Shown: positions 1-11,463 of the stretch, piece by piece | How the letters are laid out: each line of letters opens with the position of its first letter | Numbering within the stretch: position 1 is the first letter of the stretch | NCBI GenBank assembly: GCA_977020255.1 | Contig: CDROCS010001004.1 | Span: forward strand, 1-64,000 | Direction of reading: 5' to 3' | DNA from: Obrimoposthia wandeli | Lineage: Eukaryota | Length of the DNA: 64,000 nucleotides | Made by a program: the position numbers and the translations under genes | Notes under the pieces: generated by a model | What the model was told of the DNA's origin: nothing | The model's database searches: none | What the model saw: only the letters and a program-made list of their open reading frames with translations

Positions 1-347
1 GTCATTTGTTCGCGTCCTGTCAATCGAACCCAATCGATAACAGACTCTTGTGTGCGAGGCATTATTTCAAACCTAACAGGAGTTTGAGTTTTCTGTTGTA
101 ATATCATAGCTCGAGATTGAATTATCGTACCTAGAAATACATCTCTAATTTTTAAGCTAATGAAATCACAGGATCGCAATTTACTATCAATTGCGAGATC
201 AAACATCGCCAGTTCACGATAGCATTGTTTAAGTTGTAGCCTTATTCTGATTTCCCATATTTCTTTAAGCTTAAGCGGTTTCTTTTGCCCTACCAATTTA
301 CCTTTGTTCCATGGTACTTTCGAAGCATTGTTGTATTGGGTCGCCAT
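1..347 (-). CDS. Tyrosine recombinase/integrase, 5' part (runs off the window)
   Basis: Not in the ORF track. Manual translation from the ATG at 347 gives MATQYNNASKVPWNKGKLVGQKKPLKLKEIWEIRIRLQL...AIDSKLRSCD...LQQKT; SKLRxCD and QQKT correspond to the catalytic Arg and Lys regions of short phage-integrase-family proteins. Confidence 0.85.
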   Translation of the reverse strand, partial: MATQYNNASKVPWNKGKLVGQKKPLKLKEIWEIRIRLQLKQCYRELAMFDLAIDSKLRSCDFISLKIRDVFLGTIIQSRAMILQQKTQTPVRFEIMPRTQESVIDWVRLTGREQM

Positions 348-429
348 GATAGTCACCTTTATCGTGTTATGGAGACTTTAGTATTATATTTCTCATGAAG
401 AGCGTAAACCCTGCTTTAGGTGACTGTTA

Positions 430-446
430 CGAGAACGGAAATGACA
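430..446 (+). repeat. 30-bp palindromic site no. 1, left part (split by IS1182; remainder at 2205-2221)
   Basis: Removing the IS gives CGAGAACGGAA-ATGACACA-AAGCGGACATT, compared with AATTTCTACAA-ATGACACA-AAGTTGCCATT at 20280. Confidence 0.6.
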
Positions 447-2204
447 CAGACTGTGTGAAAACTATTGATTACCTTTTGATCTAAGCTCTAGCTACTTATG
501 ATCGATCAATCTTAATGTTATCGCCTATTAAACCATCACTTTTAGTATAATGATATGGTCAGCCAAACCATAGGGTAAACGTGATGGCACACCATATTTT
601 AGGCCAGTCAAGAACACAAACTACCTTGTTCCCTGAAGTACTTGATGACTTTGTTACTGAAGATAATTCCGTTCGAGTCGTGGATGTATTTGTAGAAAGT
701 TTAAACCTTGAAACACTTGGGTTTAAGCGCGTTATCGCTAAAGATACTGGCCGCCCAGGCTACCACCCAGCCATCCTCCTAAAACTCTATATCTATGGTT
801 ATCTCAACCGTATTCAATCTTCTCGGCGCTTAGAAAAAGAAAGTCATCGCAACGTTGAATTGATGTGGCTGCTGGGTCGATTAATGCCAGACTTTAAAAC
901 AATTGCAGACTTCAGAAAGGATAATGGCAAAGGTATAAGAAGCGTGTGCCGTCAGTTTGTAGAGATGTGTCGCCAGATGAATATGTTCAGCGAATCACTC
1001 TTCGCTATTGACGGCAGTAAATTCAAGGCCGTCAACAACAAATCAAAGAATTACACACCCAGCAAAGTGCAGTTCCATATTGACCGCGTTGAGAAGAATA
1101 TCCAAAAATACTTAAGTCAAATGGATAGCAAAGACAAAGATGAAAAGGAGACGTCAAACACTGTCTCAACCTCAAAGTTAGCATGGCTTGAACAGCGATT
1201 AGTGGAGCTTAAAGCGCTTGAAGTAGAAGTGAATGCACATCCAGACAAGCAGATATCACGAACTGACCCTGATGCCCGCTTAATGAAGACACATCACATG
1301 CAAAGGCAGGTTTGTTATAACGTGCAAAGTGCTGTAGATACAAAGCACCACTTGATTGTTGCACACGATATCGTGATGACAACTGACAGAGGCCAACTGA
1401 CTTTAGTAGCAGAACAGGTTCAAGAAACATTATGTAAAAAAGATATCACCATTATTGCTGATAAAGGCTATTTCAGCCGAATTGATATCAAGGCGACACA
1501 AGACTTAGGCATGACGGTAAATGTTCCGCAAATCGATACATCAGGTGCGGCAAAGAAAGGCATATTCAACAAATCGTTATTCAAATACGACAAGGTCCAA
1601 GATATCTATATATGCCCTGCGGGTGAGGCATTACCCTATCGTCGAAAAGTGACAGAGAAAGGCCTCGAACAGAAAGTTTACGTTAACCCAGCTGCTTGCC
1701 GTGATTGCACGATCAGGGATAAATGCACGACATCATTAAAGGAGCCTAGGAAAATGAGGCGCTGGATTTATGAAGAAGAGATTGACGCCATGCAACAGCG
1801 ACTCGATGATGATTCAAATATACCCGTACTAAGAAAACAAACTGTAGAGCATCCGTTTGGCACGATTAAAATGTGGATGGGTGCGACACACTTCTTAATG
1901 AAGCGCAAAAAGAATGTGAGTATAGAAATGAATTTGCATGTGCTGGCTTACAACCTAAAACGCATGATGACGATACTGGGAACAACTGGGTTAATGGAAG
2001 CGATCAGACAATAAAGGTACATTTAGCTTCAAATTACGCCATAAAACACCTCAAAACAGCATATTTATCATTATTAGCTCACCTAAGCCTTATAAAACTA
2101 ATATTCCGTTCAAATGTTAATATTCGGTGATTAAGTCATTTAACAGGTTAAAAAGCATACTGAACGATGTTTAATGGTCTTATTCTGAGTTTTCACACAG
2201 TCTG
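447..2204 (+). mobile_element. IS1182-family insertion sequence, intact
   Basis: Perfect 17-bp terminal IR CAGACTGTGTGAAAACT (447-463 / 2188-2204), flanked by GACA at 443-446 and 2205-2208; encodes a transposase. Confidence 0.9.
581..2014 (+). CDS. IS1182-family DDE transposase
   Basis: 477 aa; GRPGYHP..LLKLYIYGY, PDFKTIADFR, AIDGSKFKA, IIADKGY and VEHPFGTIK motifs. Confidence 0.92.
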   Translation: MMAHHILGQSRTQTTLFPEVLDDFVTEDNSVRVVDVFVESLNLETLGFKRVIAKDTGRPGYHPAILLKLYIYGYLNRIQSSRRLEKESHRNVELMWLLGRLMPDFKTIADFRKDNGKGIRSVCRQFVEMCRQMNMFSESLFAIDGSKFKAVNNKSKNYTPSKVQFHIDRVEKNIQKYLSQMDSKDKDEKETSNTVSTSKLAWLEQRLVELKALEVEVNAHPDKQISRTDPDARLMKTHHMQRQVCYNVQSAVDTKHHLIVAHDIVMTTDRGQLTLVAEQVQETLCKKDITIIADKGYFSRIDIKATQDLGMTVNVPQIDTSGAAKKGIFNKSLFKYDKVQDIYICPAGEALPYRRKVTEKGLEQKVYVNPAACRDCTIRDKCTTSLKEPRKMRRWIYEEEIDAMQQRLDDDSNIPVLRKQTVEHPFGTIKMWMGATHFLMKRKKNVSIEMNLHVLAYNLKRMMTILGTTGLMEAIRQ

Positions 2205-2399
2205 GACACAAAGCGGACATTTAGTCTGAGTGAATTTAAGAATTAAAAGGTATGTTTAATAGGAGGTTAGAAATTGGGTGATTGCTAACTATTTACTAAA
2301 TTTCATATAAAAAGCTGGTTATTACAGGATAAATTATTTTCAATAGATACAATTATTATAAATAAAGTTCAATGACTTTAAGTTGCAAGGAGAATTATT

Positions 2400-4376
2400 A
2401 TTAGAATTTATTCTTCATTTACAGAGCGAAGAGAGCGTGATGCACTAAATCTATTATATGGGAATAATGCAGGTAGCCTTACTGTTACCTTTGCTATTTG
2501 TCTGGCTCTTGCTTTCGGCTTTGCAGATAACCATGATAAAGTCTTAAAAATTTATTGGTTTTTGTTTGTATGCGTTTTACTTTTATGGCGCTATTGGGAG
2601 ATGAATTACTGGAAAAAGAAACTGAACGGCCATGATTACAGTGCTGCCAAACCAATGCGCAGATTTGAAATTATTCGGTATATAACAGCTTCTTCTTTTA
2701 GCTTTTATTCAGTATTCTTTTATCACTCAATGGATATTACTGAATTAGCATGTACCATCGTCATACTATCTTCAATGGCTGGAGGAGGTGCTACAATATT
2801 ATCTGCTAATAAAGGCCTTTCGCTTAGTTACGCTCTTATTCTACTCATTCCTATTTCTATACTGTGTATTTCTTCTACTGAAAACTATCAAAATATTCTT
2901 GGAATATTAGGTATTTTCTTTTCAATCATCATGTTTTTTGCTGGAAAACGCGCTAACGAATTTGTTACTCAATCTATACTTCTCAAGAATGAACATGCAG
3001 ATTTATTAGGAGAAATGGAATTAGCGAACCAAGAGGTTTCAGAGTTAAATTTGAACCTTGAAAAGAAAATTAAAGAACGAACAGATAAAATTTTTGAATT
3101 ATTAAATGTCGATCCTCTTACAAAATTAAATAATCGCGTTGCATTTACTGAAAGCCTTAAGTCATTGATTACCAATAAGGCTCATGATAAAAAATTAGCA
3201 GTATTGTTTATAGATCTTGATGGTTTTAAAAACATCAATGATACTCATGGACACGCTTTAGGAGACCAGGTCTTGGTAGAAATTAGTAATAGATTACTTT
3301 CTATTACTAAGAAAAAAGATTACTTATGTCGTTGGGGAGGGGATGAGTTTTTAATTATACTTCCGAAGAGTGATGTTGATGAAGCTTGTGAATTTGCAAT
3401 ATTCCTCATTTTATTATTATCTAAACCTATACAAATAGAAGATTGTGTACTGGAAGTAGGTGCGACAGTGGGAATAGCAATGTTCCCAGATCATGGAACT
3501 ACTGGAATTGATCTGGTTGCATGTGCAGACAACGCAATGTATACACAAAAACAAACTGAAAAATCAGGTGTGTGTGTGTTTTCCGAACATATAAAGAAAG
3601 GGCAGCTCAGAGATATAAAACTGAGAGAAGGATTAGCTCATGCAATCAAGAATGATCAACTTTTTATAGTTTTTCAACCAGTTATAGATAGCAAGACAAA
3701 TGAAGTCGGATTTTGTGAAGCTTTGTTGCGTTGGGAATTAGATGGGGAGCTTATTTCGCCTGAGGAATTCATTCCAATTGCTGAGCAGCATAGATTTATT
3801 CAAGAGATCGGGGCGTGGGTTCTTCAAAAGTCATGTCACATTGCTGCCAATTGGATTTTTAATGATACAGTAGATATCTCTGTTAATATGTCCGTAGAAC
3901 AAGTAATGCAAGAGGATATAATGACCGTAGTGACAGAGGCGTTACACAACTCTGGTCTACCTGCAAAGAGGTTACATATAGAAATTACAGAATCTATTTT
4001 TATTAAGGATATTGATTACATACTAAAACAGATCAATTCTTTACAAAAATTGGGCCTTAAAATATCAGTTGACGATTTTGGAACAGGTTTTTCTTCCTTG
4101 TCTTTATTACAGTCACTTTCTGCTGATATTGTTAAAATTGATAAGACTTTCATTTCATCAATGGGAAAAGGAGGGGAAGCTATTATTCAAGCTACGCAGT
4201 ATATGGCATCTGAATTAGGTTATTCTGTTGTCGCAGAAGGTGTAGAGACTAAAGAACAAGCAAAAGCTTTATCCGAAATGGGTATTGAAAGTCTTCAAGG
4301 CTTTTATTTTAGTAAGCCTATGAAGGAAGATAAACTAAAGAGATGGTATGAAGAGTTTATAAGTAAAAAATTTTAA
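2400..4376 (+). CDS. Membrane-anchored diguanylate cyclase/phosphodiesterase (TM-GGDEF-EAL)
   Basis: Intact RWGGDEF, CEALLRW and DDFGTGFSSL motifs. The frame is open upstream of the track start (2562) back to 2382; the start proposed here is ATT at 2400 behind AAGGAG. Confidence 0.85.
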   Translation: MRIYSSFTERRERDALNLLYGNNAGSLTVTFAICLALAFGFADNHDKVLKIYWFLFVCVLLLWRYWEMNYWKKKLNGHDYSAAKPMRRFEIIRYITASSFSFYSVFFYHSMDITELACTIVILSSMAGGGATILSANKGLSLSYALILLIPISILCISSTENYQNILGILGIFFSIIMFFAGKRANEFVTQSILLKNEHADLLGEMELANQEVSELNLNLEKKIKERTDKIFELLNVDPLTKLNNRVAFTESLKSLITNKAHDKKLAVLFIDLDGFKNINDTHGHALGDQVLVEISNRLLSITKKKDYLCRWGGDEFLIILPKSDVDEACEFAIFLILLLSKPIQIEDCVLEVGATVGIAMFPDHGTTGIDLVACADNAMYTQKQTEKSGVCVFSEHIKKGQLRDIKLREGLAHAIKNDQLFIVFQPVIDSKTNEVGFCEALLRWELDGELISPEEFIPIAEQHRFIQEIGAWVLQKSCHIAANWIFNDTVDISVNMSVEQVMQEDIMTVVTEALHNSGLPAKRLHIEITESIFIKDIDYILKQINSLQKLGLKISVDDFGTGFSSLSLLQSLSADIVKIDKTFISSMGKGGEAIIQATQYMASELGYSVVAEGVETKEQAKALSEMGIESLQGFYFSKPMKEDKLKRWYEEFISKKF

Positions 4377-4436
4377 TATGAGACCCCAGTTGTAAACATC
4401 CAAATGAACCAATTTTATTCAAACAGGTTCAGACGA

Positions 4437-4466
4437 TACATCTGCTTTGTGTCAACTATAGCCCTC
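4437..4466 (-). repeat. 30-bp palindromic site (reverse spacer)
   Basis: TACATCTGCTT-TGTGTCAA-CTATAGCCCTC; inverted relative to the site at 2205-2221, so the two bracket the GGDEF-EAL gene. Confidence 0.55.
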
Positions 4467-4491
4467 AAGGCTCGAAACGCTATAACCCTAA

Positions 4492-4532
4492 ACAGTTTCA
4501 AATAGGCTCATATTGGGTCTATTTGAAACTGT
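4492..4532. repeat. 41-bp inverted repeat/hairpin
   Basis: ACAGTTTCAAATAG (4492-4505) and CTATTTGAAACTGT (4519-4532) are perfect reverse complements. Confidence 0.7.
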
Positions 4533-4671
4533 AATTCCTTGATTCCACCATCTTGACTATCGCATATTTGAAACAAAACATATATGTATTGGTTCACAGC
4601 ATTCCGTAACCACTCTGATCAATATCCATCAATGATTTTTAACATCTTCCATGAAATGTATCTGGCACAAA

Positions 4672-4701
4672 AATGGCGGCTTTTGGCCGAAACCTGCCTC
4701 T
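4672..4701 (+). repeat. 30-bp palindromic site
   Basis: AATGGCGGCTT-TTGGCCGA-AACCTGCCTCT. Confidence 0.6.
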
Positions 4702-5150
4702 CGTCCTTCACTGTAAAAAGGACAGGAATGGCCGTTAACTGCCACCGATTTTAAACGCTATTTTGTTTCACTAGCTCCAAATTTTGATTATACAAATCAC
4801 CATATAAATGACAACAATAGTACAGCATTTAAGATAAAACCTTTAAAAATCAATATACGACTTCGGGTTAGAAACCCGCCACAAGTTAATTCAAGAGTGT
4901 TCTATAAATCAGTAATATGAAGCCAGTAATTGTATTTTTTGAAATCCAATAATTTTTATCCATCGATACCAAATTTATACTACTCCACAATCCATATGTA
5001 TCCCCATGCAAAGTTGGAGAGGGCTATATCTCCTTTTCAATTTATCCTTTTCTATTCCTCCTCTTCAACTTTAATGCCCTGTGATGTGGCTTAATGAACT
5101 TGTACACCAAAATGGGATAAAATATCGCATGATTTAAAATGGTGTAAACA

Positions 5151-6322
<1,172 letters not shown>

Positions 6323-6537
6323 CCACAACACTGATACAATAATAAATGCCAGTAACAGCCCAGAATAACCAACCACTTAGAGCATTCTTGTAAAGTAACT
6401 ACATTTTCTATTGATTTAGTGAATATCTTTATTTATGATGCGCGTCCAAAAAAAATAATACTCTGTCATCAATATTTAATAACTTTTATGTAAATTGAAT
6501 TTATCACTCATTACTAAACCCTGAGATTATTTTTAAA

Positions 6538-6843
6538 ATGGATCAAATAACACTGGTTGGCCTTCTCGCCGCTACTTGCACTACCGCCGCTTTCGTCCCT
6601 CAAGTTATTGCTATATTACGCACTGGAAATGTAGATGGTATATCAGTGATGATGTATTCAATCTTTACGGTGGGTATTGCGCTATGGCTGAGTTATGGAA
6701 TACTGGTTAATGATTTACCTATGCTACTGGCAAATTCAATCAGTTTGATTTTAGCTATTGCTGTTTTAAGTTTAACCGTATTCAAGCGCTCCCAACAAAA
6801 GAAACAGCACTCTTTAAATGAGACAGTGTTAGCAGCAGGCTAA
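6538..6843 (+). CDS. SemiSWEET (MtN3/PQ-loop) sugar transporter
   Basis: 101 aa, three TM helices, AFVPQV...ISVMMY...LWLSYG...NSI motif. Confidence 0.85.
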   Translation: MDQITLVGLLAATCTTAAFVPQVIAILRTGNVDGISVMMYSIFTVGIALWLSYGILVNDLPMLLANSISLILAIAVLSLTVFKRSQQKKQHSLNETVLAAG

Positions 6844-6945
6844 TTAGTGCCCATCCAGAAACGACTCCGTTTCAGGAGGAACACTAAATAGAATAGCCAG
6901 TGGTAACACTTGCTGTGCTGCTAAGTATTAACACAAGCGCTATTT

Positions 6946-7773
6946 TTAGCGCTGTGCTGCTTTTTCTTTATCTGCTTCGATAATCCATTCATGATCAGGG
7001 TCGTTATGGAAAATCCAATTACGACTGGGTCCCGCCATTACATTTAGATAATACGAGCTATAACCGTGCGGTACGCCAACCGGGTGATAGCCTTCTGGCA
7101 CCATCACTACACCGTGGTTTTCCACGCTTATCGTTTCATCTAAACTGCGATCATCTGTATATACGCGTTGAAAGACAAAGCCTTGCTCTGGGTCTATACG
7201 ATGATAATAGGTTTCTTCTAGCTGTGTTTCTAAAGGTGCGTTATCGCTATCGTGCTTATGCGGTGGATAACTGCTCCAATTGCCGCTGGGTGTTGCCACT
7301 TCGCACACTAGCAGGCTTTCAGCTTCTAAATTATCAAACAATATATTACAGACTGAACGCGTATTTGCATCGATGCCGCGGGTTTGGTAGTTACACATTT
7401 GCGGCGTAATTAAACGCACGGGGTATTTGCCCACAGCGGGCGCTTTACATACCGCCAATTCTAAATCCGTGGTGGCTAATACACTGAACTGCTCATTTGG
7501 GGGTACGTAAACAGCGTATGGTGCTTTGTTTTCAAACACACTCATGCGCTCACCTAGCCCACTCCAACTTTCAGTGCCTGCTTTTACATCTGCTTTACCG
7601 GTGACTAACACTAGGCAAAGCTCTTTATCCCTGCTTTGCTGCTCTAAGCTTTCGCCCGCCTTTAGCTGATACATTTCAAAACCAACATACTGCCAGTTAG
7701 CACTTTGTGGGGTTATTTTTTGTATACAGCCCTGCTCATCAGGCGTTGCTGCCTTAGATAATAAATGTGACAT
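6946..7773 (-). CDS. iolB: 5-deoxy-glucuronate isomerase
   Basis: GNWSSYPPHKHD, LEETYYHR and YYLNVMAGP motifs; iol context. Confidence 0.93.
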   Translation of the reverse strand: MSHLLSKAATPDEQGCIQKITPQSANWQYVGFEMYQLKAGESLEQQSRDKELCLVLVTGKADVKAGTESWSGLGERMSVFENKAPYAVYVPPNEQFSVLATTDLELAVCKAPAVGKYPVRLITPQMCNYQTRGIDANTRSVCNILFDNLEAESLLVCEVATPSGNWSSYPPHKHDSDNAPLETQLEETYYHRIDPEQGFVFQRVYTDDRSLDETISVENHGVVMVPEGYHPVGVPHGYSSYYLNVMAGPSRNWIFHNDPDHEWIIEADKEKAAQR

Positions 7774-7795
7774 GTGATATCTCCTTATGCACTAA

Positions 7796-8791
7796 TCAAC
7801 TCAATGAAACGGCTACAGCTTTACCAGTACGGCTCGATTCAAGTGCGGCTTCTGCTAACAATAGTGATTGTAATCCATCGATACCACTCGCAACGGGTTG
7901 TTTGCCATCACGAATACATTCCACAAAGTTATCTAGCTCTAATCTATAAGCCGCTTCATAGCGCTCTAGAAAGAAAAACTGTGGCTTAGCACAAGTGCTA
8001 CCTTCACCACCGGTTAGGGTAAGTTGCGATTCAAGTTGATTGCCTACTTGTGCCATACCGCCCGATCCAAATGCTTCAATGCGCTGATCGTAACCATAAA
8101 CTGCGCGGCGACTATTACTAATTTGGCATAATTTACCGCTCGCCGTTTTAAGGGTTACCAGCGCTGTATCAACATCACCCGCTTCACCAATAGCAGGGTC
8201 AACTTGGCAACTTGCAGTGGCAAATACTTCAATAGGCTCTTCGGCTAATAACCAACGGGCTAAATCAAAGTCGTGAATCATCATATCTCTGAACAAACCA
8301 CCAGAGACTTCAATGTATTCTACCGGCGGTGGGGATGGATCACGGCTAGTGATGGTCAGCATTTCTAAATTGCCGACTTTACCCTCTTCAATGGCTTGTT
8401 TAAGGGTATTAAATTGTGGATCGTAACGACGATTAAAACCGATTGAACAAACTACATTGGTGGCCGCAACAACTTCTAAACACGCTCTTACGCGCTCTAC
8501 ACTTAAATCGACTGGCTTTTCACAAAAAATGGCTTTACCTGCGCGTGCTGAATCTTCCATCAAATTGGCATGCGTATTGGTAGAGCTTGCAATGATAACC
8601 CCGTGTAATTCTGGATCAGCTAGTGCTTCTTCTACCGATACAACTTTGGCATTATAAATGGCCGCTAGCTTTTGTGCCGCAGGCTCATAGGCATCAACGA
8701 TATAGCGAATACTTACTTCACTATGCCTTGCGACATTGCTAGCGTGAATTGAGCCAATGCGGCCCGCTCCAAAAAGACACAGGTTGATCAT
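7796..8791 (-). CDS. iolG: myo-inositol 2-dehydrogenase (Gfo/Idh/MocA)
   Basis: GAGRIG, CEKP, GFNRRYDP and DMMIHDFD motifs. Confidence 0.9.
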   Translation of the reverse strand: MINLCLFGAGRIGSIHASNVARHSEVSIRYIVDAYEPAAQKLAAIYNAKVVSVEEALADPELHGVIIASSTNTHANLMEDSARAGKAIFCEKPVDLSVERVRACLEVVAATNVVCSIGFNRRYDPQFNTLKQAIEEGKVGNLEMLTITSRDPSPPPVEYIEVSGGLFRDMMIHDFDLARWLLAEEPIEVFATASCQVDPAIGEAGDVDTALVTLKTASGKLCQISNSRRAVYGYDQRIEAFGSGGMAQVGNQLESQLTLTGGEGSTCAKPQFFFLERYEAAYRLELDNFVECIRDGKQPVASGIDGLQSLLLAEAALESSRTGKAVAVSLS

Positions 8792-8869
8792 TCTTTCTTC
8801 TCCAAATTTACGCGCTTTACTAAAAGATAAAAGTAACTCTAAAAACGCTGAATATGATTAATACTAGTT

Positions 8870-9022
8870 CATTGCTGTCCGGTTAAAAAGTGTAAGCCCT
8901 CTAACTCGTTGATTTGTGGTTTTCTAGCATCGTAAATTGGATTTTTTTCAGCCAAATAACAGTTGTCGTTAACGTAAAATCAATGAGTTAAAGAACAACA
9001 AAAATTAAACCGGACACTAATG
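8870..9022. mobile_element. 153-bp MITE, IS4-like ends (copy 1)
   Basis: TIRs CATTGCTGTCCGGTT / AACCGGACACTAATG; perfect 9-bp TSD ATACTAGTT (8861-8869 / 9023-9031). Confidence 0.85.
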
Positions 9023-9072
9023 ATACTAGTTATAAAAAATCACTACTAAAGCGATAACCGCTTAGTAAAAGG

Positions 9073-9909
9073 TTATTGCTGCTGATTTTCCAAACGATAA
9101 GCCAAGCCAATTGACAAAGATTGCGCCAAACATAAAGAAGATGACAATGAGCGAAACGCGTTCACTTGTGCTTCTTTCACCACAAAACAAACTTCAGCCG
9201 TTTGTGCCAGTGGGCTAAGTAGGCTATCGGTTATTAAAATTAACGGTACATTTTTCTCTATCGCTTTATTAACCACACTTTGCGTTTCATCGGCATAAGG
9301 GTGAAAACTAATCGCGATTAATGCATCTTGAGCTTGCATACTGCTGGCCTGCTCTTTGTACATTCCCCCTGCTCCATCAATCAAATAAGCGCGGCGATCA
9401 ATATGGCGCAATGCATACGAAAAATAGGTAGAGACCACAAAAGCACGTCTTACCCCGACGATATAAGTCGCTTCTGCCTTAAGCAGTATATCAATCGCTT
9501 TTTCCATATCCGCCGCAGGGATCGTTTCAGCTAAATGCTCTAACGCTTGGGTGTTGGCATCGACAAATTGATTCAGTAATGGAGCGCTATCTTGCTCTGT
9601 TGATTGTTCTCGCTCTTGTTTTGAAAGGCGAATTCGCTCTTGGTAACTCGGTGCTTCTTGTAATAGCCCTTGCTGAAATAGTCCCTGCATCTCGCTGAAA
9701 CCACTATAGCCAAAGGTATTGGCAAAGCGTACTAAGGTTGACGGGTGAACGCCTGCATCTTTTGAAATGACTGCGACGGTGCCAAAGGCAATCGCATTTG
9801 GATTATCCAATAAATACTGTGCCACTTGGCTTAATCTTTTACTTAGCTGTGGATACTGCGCACTAATGGCAGCGGTTAGCTCTACTAAGGTTTCTGGTGC
9901 TTTCAACAT
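9073..9909 (-). CDS. iolR: RpiR/MurR-family regulator of inositol catabolism
   Basis: HTH (VHPSTLVRFA..FGYSGFSEMQ) plus SIS domain; iol context. Confidence 0.85.
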   Translation of the reverse strand: MLKAPETLVELTAAISAQYPQLSKRLSQVAQYLLDNPNAIAFGTVAVISKDAGVHPSTLVRFANTFGYSGFSEMQGLFQQGLLQEAPSYQERIRLSKQEREQSTEQDSAPLLNQFVDANTQALEHLAETIPAADMEKAIDILLKAEATYIVGVRRAFVVSTYFSYALRHIDRRAYLIDGAGGMYKEQASSMQAQDALIAISFHPYADETQSVVNKAIEKNVPLILITDSLLSPLAQTAEVCFVVKEAQVNAFRSLSSSLCLAQSLSIGLAYRLENQQQ

Positions 9910-10040
9910 TTAATACTCATTCAATCGATGTTAGTGAATTGATTATCATTGCTCAGCAATAAAGCAACGTTATAGTCTGCGCGCATCTTAGCATTGTGTT
10001 GTAGGCACGTCTAAAACCTCACCTCCGCTAACGCAAAAGA

Positions 10041-10079
10041 TTAATGACAGACTCAGTTTAAAACTGAGCCTGTCATTAA
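10041..10079 (-). terminator. Probable intrinsic terminator after the binding-protein gene
   Basis: TTAATGACAGACTCAGTT / AACTGAGCCTGTCATTAA hairpin, followed on the - strand by TCTTTT. Confidence 0.6.
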
Positions 10080-10094
10080 ATCAAAACATCTAAA

Positions 10095-11054
10095 TTAGCG
10101 TATTTCACCTGCTAACTTTTCAACTTGAGCTATATTGGCTTTAGTAATAAAACCAGGTCCTGAGTTGATGTTGTTTGATGGAACAATTCCATAACGACTG
10201 TAAAGAGACAGCACGACAACAGGCATATAACCTTGTAAGTACGGCTGTTGATCTATAGCAAATTTGATGGTGTCATCTTTAATTGCTTTAGAAATCTCTT
10301 GGCTTAAATCAAACGTGCCAAAGTACATGGTTCCCGCCTGCTTGATTTTCTTCAATGCGCGAATCGTTGGGTGCGCAGAAGTAGGCCCTAAGGTAAGTAC
10401 CGCTTCAGTATTTTTGTTCTTACGTAGGTACGCTTGAACTTTTTTCTCGATATCTAATGGATCTTTACCTACATCAATCATGCTGCCGCTAAGTTCAGTT
10501 CCGATTGCATCGGCAAAACCTTGGCAACGTTCTACAGACGCTGGGTTTTCAATGTAGTGGTTTACACAGACAAAGCTTTTAATACCCGCTGCTTTCGCTC
10601 TTTTACCCGCACCAAAGCCTGCATCGTACTCAGGCTGGCCTACGTGAAGTAGCGCACCTAATTTTTCGCTTTGCTCTACCGTACCTGAGTTAATGGTGAC
10701 TACAGGAATACCTTTTTTGATCGCTTTACCAATAGGCCCACGCAGTACGTCGTAATCGGCGATAGTCACAATGATTCCATCAGGGTTTGATGCAACAGCT
10801 TGCTCTACTATACGTGCCATATCGGCTAAATCACCGGTTGGGGGGTTGCGATATTCAACCGTTGCATCCATCGCGGTACCGGCTTCTTTAATTGCATTTT
10901 TGATGGTATTCCACCAAGAGTCAGCATCGTCTGCGTGACTAACTAATACGAAACGCTCTCCTGCTGCTTGTGCCACAGTGGGTGCCATCATGGCACTTGC
11001 AGCTACGACGCCTGCAAACACTAATGAACTCGTCGTTTTTATTATCTTTTTCAT
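10095..11054 (-). CDS. Inositol ABC transporter periplasmic binding protein
   Basis: Signal peptide; sugar-binding PBP1 fold motifs (NPDGIIVTI, VVTINSG, AIDQQPYLQGY). Confidence 0.88.
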   Translation of the reverse strand: MKKIIKTTSSLVFAGVVAASAMMAPTVAQAAGERFVLVSHADDADSWWNTIKNAIKEAGTAMDATVEYRNPPTGDLADMARIVEQAVASNPDGIIVTIADYDVLRGPIGKAIKKGIPVVTINSGTVEQSEKLGALLHVGQPEYDAGFGAGKRAKAAGIKSFVCVNHYIENPASVERCQGFADAIGTELSGSMIDVGKDPLDIEKKVQAYLRKNKNTEAVLTLGPTSAHPTIRALKKIKQAGTMYFGTFDLSQEISKAIKDDTIKFAIDQQPYLQGYMPVVVLSLYSRYGIVPSNNINSGPGFITKANIAQVEKLAGEIR

Positions 11055-11216
11055 TATTAACTCCAGTGTTGAGTGAGCACCTAAATGCTACTCTGCTTTT
11101 ATTATTTAGTTGCAGCGTTCCTATTGGATTGCTCTTACTTTTACCCGCTTTAGATAAAGCAGTTTATTGAGAAAAAAACGGCTTTTTTGAATATAAAATT
11201 CTAAATACCAAAATTA

Positions 11217-11420
11217 TGGAATATTTATTCTATTTTTAAAATGTGCCAGTTTCACATTATTGTCAAGCTTTAATAGGATGTTTATTGGCCATTTATTTAG
11301 TAAAGCGCTGCGCATATTATTTTTGGAAACCTGAGTACAAACCTTAAAGGTTAGAAAGATGAAGACTACCTCAAATAATAATTTTATTCCATCTATTGAA
11401 TAAATAGAATTTATGTTCTA
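11217..11420. promoter_or_regulatory. Candidate IolR operators in the divergent promoter
   Basis: TGGAA-TATTTA-TTCTA (11217-11232), TAGAA-TTTATG-TTCTA (11405-11420), half site ...ATTTTA-TTCCA (11376-11391). Confidence 0.5.
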
Positions 11421-11463
11421 TCTTGTTTCAACTTAATTGGTTTTTGATGAGTTATTTCATAAA

